NCBI GenBank assembly: GCA_965206645.1
Contig: CBDBKE010000001.1
Coordinates: 32,001-96,000 of the forward strand
Origin: Terriglobia bacterium
GTDB taxonomy: Bacteria; Acidobacteriota; Terriglobia; JAJPHL01; JAPKYU01
Length of the DNA stretch: 64,000 nt
Direction of reading: 5' to 3'
Shown: one piece after another, positions 1-10,072 of the stretch
Position numbering within the stretch: position 1 is the stretch's first letter
Layout of the letters: each line of letters starts with the position of its first letter
The notes under the pieces: model-generated
Databases searched by the model: none
The model's input: the letters and a program-made list of their open reading frames with translations, nothing else
What the model was told of the DNA's origin: nothing
Made by a program: the position numbers and the translations under genes

Positions 1-437
1 GTGAATTTGACGAGCGCCGTGGGATCGTCGCGCTGCACAAACACAGTGGCTAGGAAGTGATAGGGGTAGCGGGGAGTCAAATAGCTGTGCACGGCATTGA
101 GCTTCAGCACCGGGAACAGGTCCTTTCCTTCCAAGGGCGGGTCTGCCTTGACATGCAAGGGGCGCCGAAAATCCTCCTTCACGACGATGAACACCGCTTG
201 ATAGGACTCCAGCTGCCCGTACTGGGGCCGGCGGGCGTCGTACAGGGCTACTTCAGCCTGGCCGTCATCCCAGATTGGATCACGCGCCCAAGCGTGGTCA
301 TAGAAACGGGCCGCATCTTCCTGTAACCCCTTGTACTTCGCAGGCTCCGGCTCCGGCGCCGCCGGGCCAGAGGACGTCGAGCAGGCGGCCCACAATGCCG
401 CCATCAAGGCAAGCAATAGAATCGGACTCCGCATCAT
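1..437 (-). CDS. Hypothetical lipoprotein, runs off the window's left edge (not in ORF track)
   Basis: Manual translation from ATG at 437 after GGAG: MMRSPILLLALMAALWAAC-STSSGPAAPEP...WDDGQAEVALY...VVKEDF...VLKLN...YPY; open to position 1; lipobox-like WAAC. Confidence 0.75.
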   Translation of the reverse strand, partial: MMRSPILLLALMAALWAACSTSSGPAAPEPEPAKYKGLQEDAARFYDHAWARDPIWDDGQAEVALYDARRPQYGQLESYQAVFIVVKEDFRRPLHVKADPPLEGKDLFPVLKLNAVHSYLTPRYPYHFLATVFVQRDDPTALVKF

Positions 438-687
438 GGCGCTCCTGGAACAATAGTCTGAACCGGATTGTAGCTGACATTAAGTCTTTCTTGGCCAGGG
501 CTTGGCCGAGGACTACACCACATGATATGAAACTTGAGACTTTACATGTAAGATGTTGGACACTTTGTCATCCATGGGCTCGAATGCGAAAGTCATCGGA
601 CCGTGCAGGGTGCCTCGGTATGGTCGGGCATATCCTCGCTTTGTTGAAGGCCGCTTTCCTCAAGAAACCACCAGAGGCAGATAAATA

Positions 688-1776
688 ATGTTTACATTCT
701 CGGCGGAACAATTACGAGAGATCGGAATGCGCCTGTTCCCCGCGGCAGGTGTGCAACAGCATGTAGCCCAAGAGGTGGTCGACTCGCTGGTGCTGAGCAA
801 CCTAATGGGTGTGGATTCGCACGGTATCGTGCGAATCCACAATTACGTCAACTCGATCAACGCGGGAGCGATTCTCCCCAGCGCGGAACCGGAGGTCGTG
901 CGGGATAACGGGGTGGCCGTGCTGATGGACGGACGGAAGGCCTTCGGGCAGATCGTGGCCAACAGAGCGACAAAACTGGCCATCGAGAAATCTCGAGAAC
1001 GAGCTATTGGCGCGGTGAGCTTCACCGACGTGTATCACATTGGGCGCCTGGGCGAGTACGTAGCCCTGGCTGCCGAGGAAGGGCTTATCGGGTTAATGGT
1101 GGCGAACGGATCCACCCCAGGAGGCCTGGTGGCGCCCTTCGGAGCACGGCAGCGGACACTGGGGACGAATCCGATCGCCTTTGCCATCCCGGCGGGCAGT
1201 CATCCGTCTCTGGTCGCCGACTTTTCCACTGCGGCGATTGCGGAAGGCCGCGTCCGGATTGCTCTGCGGCACGGGAAGAAGTTGCCGCCGGAATGGTTAA
1301 TCGACCGGGAAGGAAACCCGAGCGCCGAACCTTCCAGCCTCTACGACGGTGGCGCCATCATGACTTTCGGAGGTTACAAAGGCTTCGCTCTTTCGCTGCT
1401 GGTCGAGATCCTGGGCGGCATTCTCAGCGGGGGCGAAACGCCGGTTTCCCCCAGCTACAAATATATGCACAATGGCGTATTCGTCCTGGTGATCGATCCG
1501 GTATTTTTCCGCCCGCGGGACAGCTACAAGGAAGCCGTCGATTTTCTTTTTACGGCGGTAAAGGAGGCGTTGCCGGGACTGGGTTTCGACGGAGCCCTGA
1601 TCCCCGGAGAGCCGGAACGGCGCGCCAAAGCCGTCCGCGAAAAGGAAGGGATTCCCATGGACGAAAACACTTGGGCGGAGCTTCTCGGAGTGGCCAGCAA
1701 GCTAAACGTCTCGCTGTCCGATATCTCGCCGATATCGCAAGGCGCGGGTGGGAAGGTAGCGTCGGGAACCGCATGA
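688..1776 (+). CDS. Ldh2/Mdh2-family (type 2 malate/L-lactate dehydrogenase-like) oxidoreductase
   Basis: GVDSHG, HIGRLGEY, GTNPIAFA, GGYKGFAL, IPGEPE motifs. Confidence 0.9.
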   Translation: MFTFSAEQLREIGMRLFPAAGVQQHVAQEVVDSLVLSNLMGVDSHGIVRIHNYVNSINAGAILPSAEPEVVRDNGVAVLMDGRKAFGQIVANRATKLAIEKSRERAIGAVSFTDVYHIGRLGEYVALAAEEGLIGLMVANGSTPGGLVAPFGARQRTLGTNPIAFAIPAGSHPSLVADFSTAAIAEGRVRIALRHGKKLPPEWLIDREGNPSAEPSSLYDGGAIMTFGGYKGFALSLLVEILGGILSGGETPVSPSYKYMHNGVFVLVIDPVFFRPRDSYKEAVDFLFTAVKEALPGLGFDGALIPGEPERRAKAVREKEGIPMDENTWAELLGVASKLNVSLSDISPISQGAGGKVASGTA

Positions 1777-1924
1777 GATCACGCCGCGGCAGGAGCGCAT
1801 CCTGGCGAGCAGGGGTTGAGGCAAAGCTAGCTGTCCATGTGCTGGTGGACGGCTTCTGAACAACACTGAATCAGGGAAAAACGCTGCACCCTGCGGTGCA
1901 GACACAGTCGGAGGACATCGCGAC

Positions 1925-2614
1925 ATGAGCAGCGCACAGACAAGTCAATCGGCTTTGGTCGAATATTTACTGACGGTGGATACACCGACGCTCTGCAACG
2001 CCATCGAACAACTGACACTGCGTCCGCGTCACGAGGGCTTCACGCCCCGGGGAATTCGTTCTCTGTTCCCCGAGATGGGCCGGATCTGCGGCTGGGCAGT
2101 AACGGCCCAAGTGGAGACGGTTAGCGAATCCTGGCTCGCTGGGCGCGAGGTGTTCGGCGAACTTTTCCGGGCGGCGTCTGCCTCTTCGAAGCCTGTCGTC
2201 GTGGCTTTTCAGGAGGTCGGCGCGCATGCCGAGCTGTCGGCTCATTGTGGAGAAGTGATGGCCACAATCTTCAAGCGGCTGGGGGCAGTGGGCCTGGTGA
2301 CCGACGGAGGCGTGCGCGATATGGACGAGGTCCGGGCGCTGGGTTTCCAATACTTTGCTCGCGGGACAGTAGCCAGTCATGCCAACTTCCGCATCGTGCG
2401 GGCGAATGTGCCCATTCAAGTCGGGGGCATGATGGTCCGCCCGGGTGCCCTGCTGCATGGAGACATTAACGGATTGGTCGAGGTCCCCGAGCAGAAGCGG
2501 GACCAGTTGGCCGCAGCGGTGGAGAAGGTCCGGACCACCGAAGGGCCGCTGATGGAATACGTGCGCAGCGCCGAGTTTGATCTGGAACAGCTAATTCGCC
2601 GATTCTTTCACTAG
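1925..2614 (+). CDS. RraA-like / HMG-aldolase family protein
   Basis: DTPTLCNAIE N-terminus, GEVMAT, VTDGGVRD, GD.NG; SD GGAGG upstream. Confidence 0.85.
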   Translation: MSSAQTSQSALVEYLLTVDTPTLCNAIEQLTLRPRHEGFTPRGIRSLFPEMGRICGWAVTAQVETVSESWLAGREVFGELFRAASASSKPVVVAFQEVGAHAELSAHCGEVMATIFKRLGAVGLVTDGGVRDMDEVRALGFQYFARGTVASHANFRIVRANVPIQVGGMMVRPGALLHGDINGLVEVPEQKRDQLAAAVEKVRTTEGPLMEYVRSAEFDLEQLIRRFFH

Positions 2615-2624
2615 CAATGGGGAA

Positions 2625-3722
2625 GTGCTGCAAGCGGTGAGGCGACGTGCAACCCGCATCTGTCATCAAGATGCCGTAGTGGTGAAGACCGCCCCGGAAC
2701 TGCGCGGCGTGGTGCAGAGGGTCTTGAAGGCAGCCGGAGCCGATGCCCGGAACGCGGAACGCGTCGCCGATGCCCTAGTTTCCGCCAACCTCGCTGGCGT
2801 GGACACCCACGGCGTCTGGCAACTGGCCGGCTATGTCGAAAGAATTGGGATAGGAGGAATCAACCCGACGGCATGGCCGGAAATCCTGGCGGAGACTCCC
2901 AGCAGTGCTCTGGTCAGCGGCAACTGGACCTTCGGTCATGTCACGGCAAAATATGCGACGGAGACTGCTATTGAGAAGGCCCGCCAGCAGAACGTGGGTG
3001 TGGTCGGCATGGTCCGGGTTAACCATATCGGCCGCCTGGGCGAATACGTCGAACTGGCCGCCGCGCAAGACGTGATTTCAGTGTTGCTTGCAGGAGGCCT
3101 TGGCGTGGAAGTGCCCACCGCGGTTCCCTATGGAGGATCCAGGCCAGTGCTCCACACCAATCCCATTGCCATGGGCTTTCCTGCGGGCCAGGAAACCCCA
3201 GTGATTCTCGATATCGCCACCACTGCTCTCTCCGGCGTGAAGGTTGACATGGCGCGCGAGAAAAACCGACCCCTTCCTCCCGGCTCTATCGTAGACCGGG
3301 ACGGGAATCCAACTACTGATCCTGCGGCGTTTTTCGAGGGCGGCGCCTTCCTGCCTTTTGGCGGGCACAAGGGCTATGGCCTCATGCTGGCGGCCGAATT
3401 CTTGGGTCGCATTCTTACAGGTGCGGATGCGTTCGCGGCTAAGCCGTGGGGCGCTAAGATTTTTAGCCATAGCGGGGCAACGATCGTTGCCATCCGGGCT
3501 GACCTGTTCGGGTCGTTGGATCAATATTCGAAGTATGCGGAGGAGATGGGGCGCAAGATCCGAGCGGTGCCTCCGGCACCGGGCTTTCGGGAAGTGCTGG
3601 TGCCGGGCGATCCAGAAGCTAGAACTCGGCAGACGCGCCTTCGAGACGGGATCCCGATTCCGCAGCAGCTATGGCGGCAGATTACTGACCTGGCGGCATC
3701 GTTGGGTGTGCAGGAGACCTGA
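2625..3722 (+). CDS. Second Ldh2/Mdh2-family oxidoreductase (true start may be GTG near 2679)
   Basis: GVDTHG, HIGRLGEY, HTNPIAMG, GGHKGYGL, VPGDPE. Confidence 0.9.
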   Translation: MLQAVRRRATRICHQDAVVVKTAPELRGVVQRVLKAAGADARNAERVADALVSANLAGVDTHGVWQLAGYVERIGIGGINPTAWPEILAETPSSALVSGNWTFGHVTAKYATETAIEKARQQNVGVVGMVRVNHIGRLGEYVELAAAQDVISVLLAGGLGVEVPTAVPYGGSRPVLHTNPIAMGFPAGQETPVILDIATTALSGVKVDMAREKNRPLPPGSIVDRDGNPTTDPAAFFEGGAFLPFGGHKGYGLMLAAEFLGRILTGADAFAAKPWGAKIFSHSGATIVAIRADLFGSLDQYSKYAEEMGRKIRAVPPAPGFREVLVPGDPEARTRQTRLRDGIPIPQQLWRQITDLAASLGVQET

Positions 3723-3888
3723 GAAGCAGCAATCGCACCTCGCCGGAGAAGCTCCCGCCAGCAGATGTGCCTGGTCCGCTATAATGTTTGCCGCAAGCGA
3801 AGGGGTGGTATCGATTTCAGTTCCGTAGCCGCTTCTTAGTGCAATTCTATGTGGCGCGGTGAAGAAGAGGTCTTCGCGGGGAACTGCT

Positions 3889-4899
3889 ATGCAGGTGACC
3901 TTTTGGGGTGTGCGGGGTTCCACGCCATCTCCGGGCCCGAGCACCTTTAAGTACGGCGGGAACACGCCCTGCGTGGAAATCCGCACGCCACAGGGAAATA
4001 CCATCATTCTGGACTGCGGCACCGGCGTCACCCACCTGGGTAAATTGCTGGCCGAGAAGACTCCCCCCGACGGCCAGCACCTGATGGTGTTCCTGACCCA
4101 CTTTCATTGGGACCACATCCAGGGATTGCCCTTCTTCACACCACTTTACGATGCCCGCAATCAGGTGTCCTTCCATTGTTTCCAGGCCCAGGGGATGACT
4201 GCCAGAGATGCGCTGGGCGGGGCCATGCTCAGTCCTTACTTTCCAGTGAGCATGAACCTGATAAAGAGCCAGAAGCACTTCCATATTATTGGCGAAGGAC
4301 GCTTGAAGTTGTTCGATGTGGAAATCGTCTCCCGTTACCTGAACCACCCGCAGGGCTGCCTGGGCTTCCGGATAGAGGTGGAAACTGGCGTGTTTGTCTA
4401 CGCCACCGATCACGAGCAGGGCAATCCCGATTTGGACGCGAGTGTCCGCAAACTGGCAGAAGGAGCCGACCTGCTGGTTTACGATGGCCAGTACACCCCG
4501 GCAGAATACCAATCGCGCCTCGGTTGGGGGCACAGCACCTGGGAGGAGGGCATCCAGATCGCCCGCGACGCCGGGGTGAAAGAGCTGGTGCTTTTCCACC
4601 ACGATCCCGATCATTCGGACCTGTTTCTGGACAAGATGCTGCTCGAAGCGCGGGCCTGCTTTCCGCTCGTGCACGCGGCAATGGAAGGGACCACGGTCAG
4701 CATCAAGCGGCAGGAGGCAGGCGCTGCCTTTCGCAGCTGCATGGAGCGAAGATATTGCGAACGCCGGAGGTTGGCACAGCCCCTCGGCATCCGCCTACAG
4801 CGCATCGGCCACGACGAGACGGAAAGGACTCTACTGCGTGGTCTGAGCTTGGATGGCTCTTCTTTCCTCGTGGATTACGATTGGGATATCGGCACGTGA
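3889..4899 (+). pseudogene. MBL-fold metallo-hydrolase with C-terminal PilZ-like domain, truncated by the IS3 element
   Basis: FWGVRGS, YGGNTPCV, THFHWDHIQG, WGHS, LFHHDP; then ERRYCERR and GLSLDG (PilZ-like); the stop TGA is the first three bases of the IS left end. Confidence 0.8.
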
Positions 4900-4963
4900 C
4901 CTGACCGGCACTTTTTGTACCAAGTGGAAAGAGAGAGAATCCACTTGAGGAGGAAGTGAGGTC

Positions 4964-5242
4964 ATGCCGACAAGGAGTTACAAGCCGGAGCGGATTGTAG
5001 CGGTGCTACGGCAGATAGAAGTGCAGATGGGGAACGGGAAGACTGCGCCCCAAGCCTGCAAAGAAGCTGGAATCCACACCCAAACCTACTACCGGTGGCG
5101 GAAGGAATACGGCGGGCTGAAGGTGGTGCAGGCAAAACGGCTAAAGGAGTTGGAGAAGGAAAACACGCGGCTGAAGCGGTTGGTAGCGGAGCTTTCTCTG
5201 GAGAAGCAGGTGCTGCGGGATGTGGCACAGGGAAACTTCTGA
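4964..5242 (+). CDS. IS3 transposase OrfA (HTH plus leucine zipper)
   Basis: TYYRWRKEYGG...KRLKELEKENTRLKRLVAEL; ends at slippery GGGAAAC followed by TTCTGA. Confidence 0.93.
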   Translation: MPTRSYKPERIVAVLRQIEVQMGNGKTAPQACKEAGIHTQTYYRWRKEYGGLKVVQAKRLKELEKENTRLKRLVAELSLEKQVLRDVAQGNF

Positions 5243-6108
5243 GCCCTGAGCGGCGGCGTTGTGCGGTGGAGCGTGCGTGGGAGCAACACGGGTTGTCGGA
5301 ACGGCATGCCTGCCGGCTGCTGGGGCAATGGCGAGGGACACAACGATACGAGCCGATTCATCGGGTGGACGAGGATGCTCTGACCCGAGCGATCATTGCC
5401 CTGGGAGCGAAGTACGGGCGATATGGCTACCGGAGGATCACAGCGTTGCTGCGGAGTGCGGGCTGGGAAGTGGGCAAGGACCGGGTGCAGCGGATTTGGC
5501 GGCGGGAAGGGCTAAAAGTGCCGCAAAAACAAAGGCCGCGAGGACGGCTGTGGCTGAACGACGGTTCCTGTGTACGACTGAGGCCGGAGCGACCGAACCA
5601 CGTGTGGAGCTACGACTTCATGAGTGCCAGAACGCACGAGGGGAGAACGCTGCGGCTGCTGACCTTGCTGGATGAGTACACGCGGGAATGCCTGGCGATC
5701 CGGGTGGAGCGGAGGATGGGCAGCCAACAAATCATTGAGGCGTTGTCGGACGTGATGTTGTGGCGAGGGATACCGGAACAGATTCGATCCGACAATGGTC
5801 CCGAGTTCATCGCCAAACAACTGCGCCAGTGGTTGGCAAATCTAGGGACCGGGACACTGTACATCGAACCGGGCAGTCCCTGGGAGAACGGGTACTGCGA
5901 GAGTTTCAATGGGAAGCTGCGGGACGAATGCCTGAATGGAGAGATCTTCTACTCGTTGAAGGAGGCACAGGTGGTGATTGAACAGTGGAGGGTGCAATAC
6001 AACACGGTGCGGCCGCACTCGGCGCTCGGCTATAGGCCCCCGGCGCCGGGGGCCTATAGCCCTCCCCTGTCACTGAAACCAGTTTCACAGCCCCAGGCTG
6101 CGATGTGA
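5239..6108 (+). CDS. IS3 transposase OrfB (DDE integrase core), expressed by -1 frameshift
   Basis: YGYRRI, WSYDF, LDEYTRE, SDNGPEF, PWENGYCESFNG, RPHSALGY. Confidence 0.93.
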   Translation: MSPERRRCAVERAWEQHGLSERHACRLLGQWRGTQRYEPIHRVDEDALTRAIIALGAKYGRYGYRRITALLRSAGWEVGKDRVQRIWRREGLKVPQKQRPRGRLWLNDGSCVRLRPERPNHVWSYDFMSARTHEGRTLRLLTLLDEYTRECLAIRVERRMGSQQIIEALSDVMLWRGIPEQIRSDNGPEFIAKQLRQWLANLGTGTLYIEPGSPWENGYCESFNGKLRDECLNGEIFYSLKEAQVVIEQWRVQYNTVRPHSALGYRPPAPGAYSPPLSLKPVSQPQAAM

Positions 6109-6145
6109 ACTCTCACTACGGTTGGTACAAAAATCGGTCTGGTCA

Positions 6146-6330
6146 CTGGAAAAGCTACCTGAGGCGAGTGCGCCATTAGCAGTCAGACCAGCGTGCAAGG
6201 AGTCCGCGGCTGTTTCATGCTCACCCATCTGAAGGTAGGCAACGGCCAGTCCATCCCAGTTCGCGCGGTCAGGATGATTTGGTGACAATTGGCCCGTAGA
6301 TAGGCATCCGCGGCTTGGCGTTGCTCAGAA
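6146..6330 (-). pseudogene. TPR-like gene fragment cut by the IS right end
   Basis: QAADAYLRA then, frameshifted, LSPNHPDRANWDGLAVAYLQMGEHETAADSL resembles a TPR helix pair. Confidence 0.4.
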
Positions 6331-6889
6331 CCATCGGGGGCGAAAAATCGGTGCTGGGCATATCGAGTTCAGAGCAACGGGGTTCCCGGACTCCAGCGTA
6401 GGGCCCCGACTGAGATTCTCCCGAGTTGGAAGATTCAAGGACCATTGGCCGCCGAAATCGCGGGCGCTCGCTGTCGAATAGTCAATCCCGGCTGCTAACA
6501 GGAATAGACGGAAGGAAGTGTACTTCAGTCCCTCCTCGCCCCACGTTCTGAACGGAAATCAATCTCAAGACCGCTGGTTACAGAAGGAGAAACTTTTCCG
6601 CACAAGCGGCTGGACCGTCAGGTAGTGGGATTTGGCTTTTGCATCTACCGGCCACTATGAGCATCGCCACGGTAAAGCACCACTACCGACCGTCATGTTT
6701 CGCTTGCGTATCCGCAGGCCGGTCCCTAGAATGAGTGGGCGCAATAGGAGCCATTCATTGGTTGACCGGGGGAGAGTATGAAGCTGGGTGTTCTGGCAGC
6801 TCTCGTCCTTGTCGGTTTTACTGCCTCCCCGGCGCAGCAGGTCCTCCCCCCCCAAAGAGTCTGGCATTACTGTCCGTGAATTCAACGAG

Positions 6890-7210
6890 CGTCTGTTGTC
6901 GACTTTTCTGTCGACTTCCGGCCGGCCACCTCGTGTCGTCCTCACTACCAGCGAAGAGCCCGGCGAGGCCAAGGCTACCGCGGTCGTAAACTTGGCGATT
7001 GCCTCGGCACAGTTGGGCAACCGGGTACTAGTGGTGGATCCGTCAACGGCGCCAGGCTGCATCTGCAACAGGTGAATGCGAATGTGATTGGAGTGGCACT
7101 GAACAACGTAGATTTTTCCGCGTTTGGCTACGATTACTATTATCGCCATTACAGAGGGTACGCATACGGCTCTTGCGGCCGTGAAAACGAGCAGCAGGGA
7201 GAGTCAGTGA
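6890..7210 (+). pseudogene. Remnant of CpsD/CapB (Wzc-type) tyrosine kinase
   Basis: RPPRVVLTTSEEPGEAKAT..VNLAIASAQLGNRVLVVD (degenerate Walker A); after an internal deletion, VIGVALNNVD and a Tyr-rich tail DYYYYRHYRGYAYG. Confidence 0.7.
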
Positions 7211-7388
7211 AATCCTAGTACGCTTGTGAATCCTGTCGACTCACGCCGCAGAGTCTTCCACTGATTCTTCGAAAATCGCCCTCTTGCTGTGGCTCCATTG
7301 TGTTGCCGCCCCGGTCCAACTGCGTAGCCAGCTCCTTGACAGAAGTTGTGTGGGCCCTACGAAGCCCCAAGGAAAGAGAAGGCTGAGA

Positions 7389-7870
7389 ATGTCGGCCGGA
7401 CGCGAAACTCAGGGCAGGAGCCTCAGCCAGCAAGCACCAACCGGGGTGGGGGGAATCAGCCTTGGCTTGGCGTTGGTGGCGATCTTCACCGTCTTGGCCT
7501 TCGGCGGCAGGTACTCTCTGGCGATTTCCATCATGCAAACCAGCATCTGCGCGCTGAGCATATTTACCCTGTGGAGATTCGGATGGCCGGCGGTTCCGCG
7601 AGCCGCTCTAGCTGTTCTCGGTATCTTGCTGGCGATTCCGCTGGTGCAAATGCTGCCCCTGTGGGAGGAAATTGTGGCTGCCCTTTCTCCTGCCCGGGTG
7701 GCGATTGCGCGCGAGGTCTTGTCGCCGGTTGTGGGTCCCTCCAAGGTCCTCACACTTTCAGTCAACCCACACGCCACGAGCGCAGCGACGCTCAATCTGG
7801 TGTGCTACGGTCTGGTATTCTTGCTGGCCTTCCATGTGTGTATCCACCGAAGGCAACAGCCAGCCCTGTT
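7389..7870 (+). pseudogene. N-terminal fragment of O-antigen ligase/polymerase-like membrane protein
   Basis: LAFGG, QMLPL..., LSPAR, LSVNPHAT hydrophobic N-terminus; similarity ends near 7870. Confidence 0.6.
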
Positions 7871-8045
7871 CCTCCCCTCCGGGGTTAGAGTGGCGAAGAG
7901 AAAGCGAAGCTGGCCACAGACTTGTGGTTTCTGCAACCTGGTTGCACGGCTGCATAGTCTGCTAAGGAGGCCTCTGGCAAATTGCAGATCCATACCGCGC
8001 GCAGGTGCTGGATTCTCGACGATTCTTCCTGATCCCGAGCATGGC

Positions 8046-8094
8046 TTGACGAGCCGAAGGAGTACTTGTACAATTTAATTGGTCAGTTTAATTG
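8046..8094 (+). promoter_or_regulatory. Sigma70 promoter of the TA operon with possible operator repeats
   Basis: TTGACG(8046)-17 nt-TACAAT(8069); two TTTAATTG repeats follow; SD AAGGA before 8111. Confidence 0.7.
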
Positions 8095-8110
8095 AACTAA
8101 AGGAAGAGCA

Positions 8111-8422
8111 ATGGCGAAGGCCGTCACCGCCTACACACTTAAGACGCAATTGGGCCGCATTCTTCGGGAGCTTCAGGAGAATGAGCGTTTCGTCGTTCTG
8201 CGCCGCAACCGCCCGATCGGAGTTTTCCTTAGCATTCAGGACTACGTGAGAGAGCATCCGGATCAGTATGAGGATGTCCAGGACTTCGTAGACACGATGC
8301 TAGAAGAAACGGACCCCGAGTTCCAGCGCAGCCTGCAGAAGGGAGCCACTGAGGCCAGGCGAGGTCATTACCTAACCCACCAAGAGCTCAAGCTCGCCCT
8401 GGCCGGCAAGAAGCTGCGTTGA
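8111..8422 (+). CDS. Type II antitoxin, Phd/YefM family
   Basis: TAYTLKTQLGRIL...FVVLRRNRPIGV N-terminus; acidic C-terminal half; TGATG overlap with toxin. Confidence 0.8.
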   Translation: MAKAVTAYTLKTQLGRILRELQENERFVVLRRNRPIGVFLSIQDYVREHPDQYEDVQDFVDTMLEETDPEFQRSLQKGATEARRGHYLTHQELKLALAGKKLR

Positions 8423-8685
8423 TGGTCGGAGGCTTCGAGGCTAGATATAGCCAGCAATTTCTCAGGGATCTGAAAAAGTTCAACCCGCCCCTCCAACGGC
8501 GAATTCTGCGGGCTATCGAGACTAAGCTTTTGACCGATCCATGGAAACACGGCAAGAAACTGGCAGGTAAGATAGGACCTGGAGGATGGCGGTTTCGGGT
8601 CGGTGACTATCGAATTCGCTTCGATGTGGAGGGTTCGGTGCTGTTCTTCTACCGAGTGCGCCACAGGCGAGAGATTTATGAATGA
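8422..8685 (+). CDS. Type II toxin, RelE/ParE family
   Basis: GKKLAG...WRFRVGDYRI...HRREIY. Confidence 0.9.
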   Translation: MVGGFEARYSQQFLRDLKKFNPPLQRRILRAIETKLLTDPWKHGKKLAGKIGPGGWRFRVGDYRIRFDVEGSVLFFYRVRHRREIYE

Positions 8686-8971
8686 AAGGTGTCGTCATCG
8701 TATCCCAGAGCAGATGTGGCTTACTTCAATGCTTCAACACCTTGATTAACAAAACATTTCGGTGTATTCTTGATTTATTGGAGTGGGTGGCCATGTACAA
8801 GTCTCCGAGAATACAAACCCCGCCAGCTTGGACCTGCCGTGTTTGTGTGATCGGCGCTGAGTTTCCATCAAGAATCCCGGACAGCGCGAACCCCCTTTTC
8901 TTGTGGCGACATCGGCTCGTGGATAACTCAACACTCACCGCGAAGGTTCAGTGTAAGGAGGTTAGAACAGA

Positions 8972-9442
8972 ATGATGAAGACTCGAGAGAAGAAACCCGC
9001 TACAGCGGAAGCTCAGTCCACTCCAGGGCGTGGCCGGAGCGGCAGATTCCTGCCGCAGTCGAGCGGCAACCCTGCGGGAAGGCCCAAGGGGAGCCAAAAC
9101 AAAACGACCTTGGCCGCCCAGGCATTGTTGGAGGGAGAGGCCGAGTCTTTAACACGCAAGGCGATCGAATTGGCAATGTCCGGTGACCCGGTTGCACTGC
9201 GTCTGTGCCTCGAGCGTATCCTTCCTCGCCGCGAGGGACGATTGGTCGAATTGTCTCTCCCCAAGGTGAAGACCGCCACCGAAATTGCTTCGGGCTTGGC
9301 CACGGTGATCCATGCAGTGGGAGCTGGGATGCTGACGCCTGGTGAGGGTGAAACAATCTCTCGGATGCTGGAGACGCACGGAAGATTAACCGAAGCAGCC
9401 GAGCGGGAGCAGGACGAGGTGCAACCGAGGAACTTGCGCTGA
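8972..9442 (+). CDS. DUF5681-like protein
   Basis: SGNPAGRPKGS motif, ALRLCLERILP. Confidence 0.7.
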   Translation: MMKTREKKPATAEAQSTPGRGRSGRFLPQSSGNPAGRPKGSQNKTTLAAQALLEGEAESLTRKAIELAMSGDPVALRLCLERILPRREGRLVELSLPKVKTATEIASGLATVIHAVGAGMLTPGEGETISRMLETHGRLTEAAEREQDEVQPRNLR

Positions 9443-9697
9443 GGGTTAGGCGAGCTGCCGTCCTCTGCCGATCAACGGTCCATCCTGTTCCTGACCTGTT
9501 TTTTCAGGTGGCGTCCTCCCGGAACGCCTCCTCGGCGCTCACTAGTATGGTAGGCCCGCCCCACGGACAGCCAAATGTCGGGCTCGAAAGTCTCATGAGT
9601 CAGGACACTGGTTTACTGCCACATAAATCGAGGACGTTAGAGAGCGCCCTGGGATAAGATCTGCTTTGTCCAACCAGCGAATGGACCAGGGGTTGAG

Positions 9698-10020
9698 GTG
9701 GTCTTCTGTCCCAAGTGCTTTAGTCCGAGGTGAGGCGCTCCCATCGGCGGGGCTGGGAGCAGCGGGTCCCATTCCTGCGTGCCCACAGCTGGCGGGCCTG
9801 TGGCGATCGCTTCCTACGAGGGGGAAGACCACACCTTGCTTGCTGCCCCAGGTGTAGTAGCGCCGAAGTCCAGCTGACTTCGCGAAACCGTGCGCCGAAA
9901 GGGATGGCCATCACCCTCCGGTGTCTGTTGGGAAGTCGTAGCTACCGGTGTTCCAGCTGCCGGCACCATTTTCTGGACTTCCGGCATGCACGCTCGAAGA
10001 TCGAATCCCAGGTTGGATAG
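9698..10020 (+). pseudogene. Small tandem zinc-ribbon protein, frameshifted near 9728
   Basis: VVFCPKCFSP in one frame continues as EVRRSHRRGWE...CGDRF...CPRC...YRCSSCRHHF in another. Confidence 0.5.
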
Positions 10021-10072
10021 TCCGGACAGGAGTTCCAACACGGAATCCTCCCATTGAGCGCATTTAGCTTCT

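Larger units (their letters stand above)
4897..6145 (+). mobile_element. IS3-family insertion sequence
   Basis: Imperfect terminal IRs TGACCTGACCGGCACTTTTTGTACCAA / TTGGTACAAAAATCGGTCTGGTCA (TG...CA ends); orfA/orfB arrangement; no target duplication visible. Confidence 0.95.

Noticed and set aside
57-688. ORF-track entries 57..326, 275..688 and 298..480
   Set aside because: Shadows of the minus-strand lipoprotein gene starting at 437, which has an SD and a lipobox
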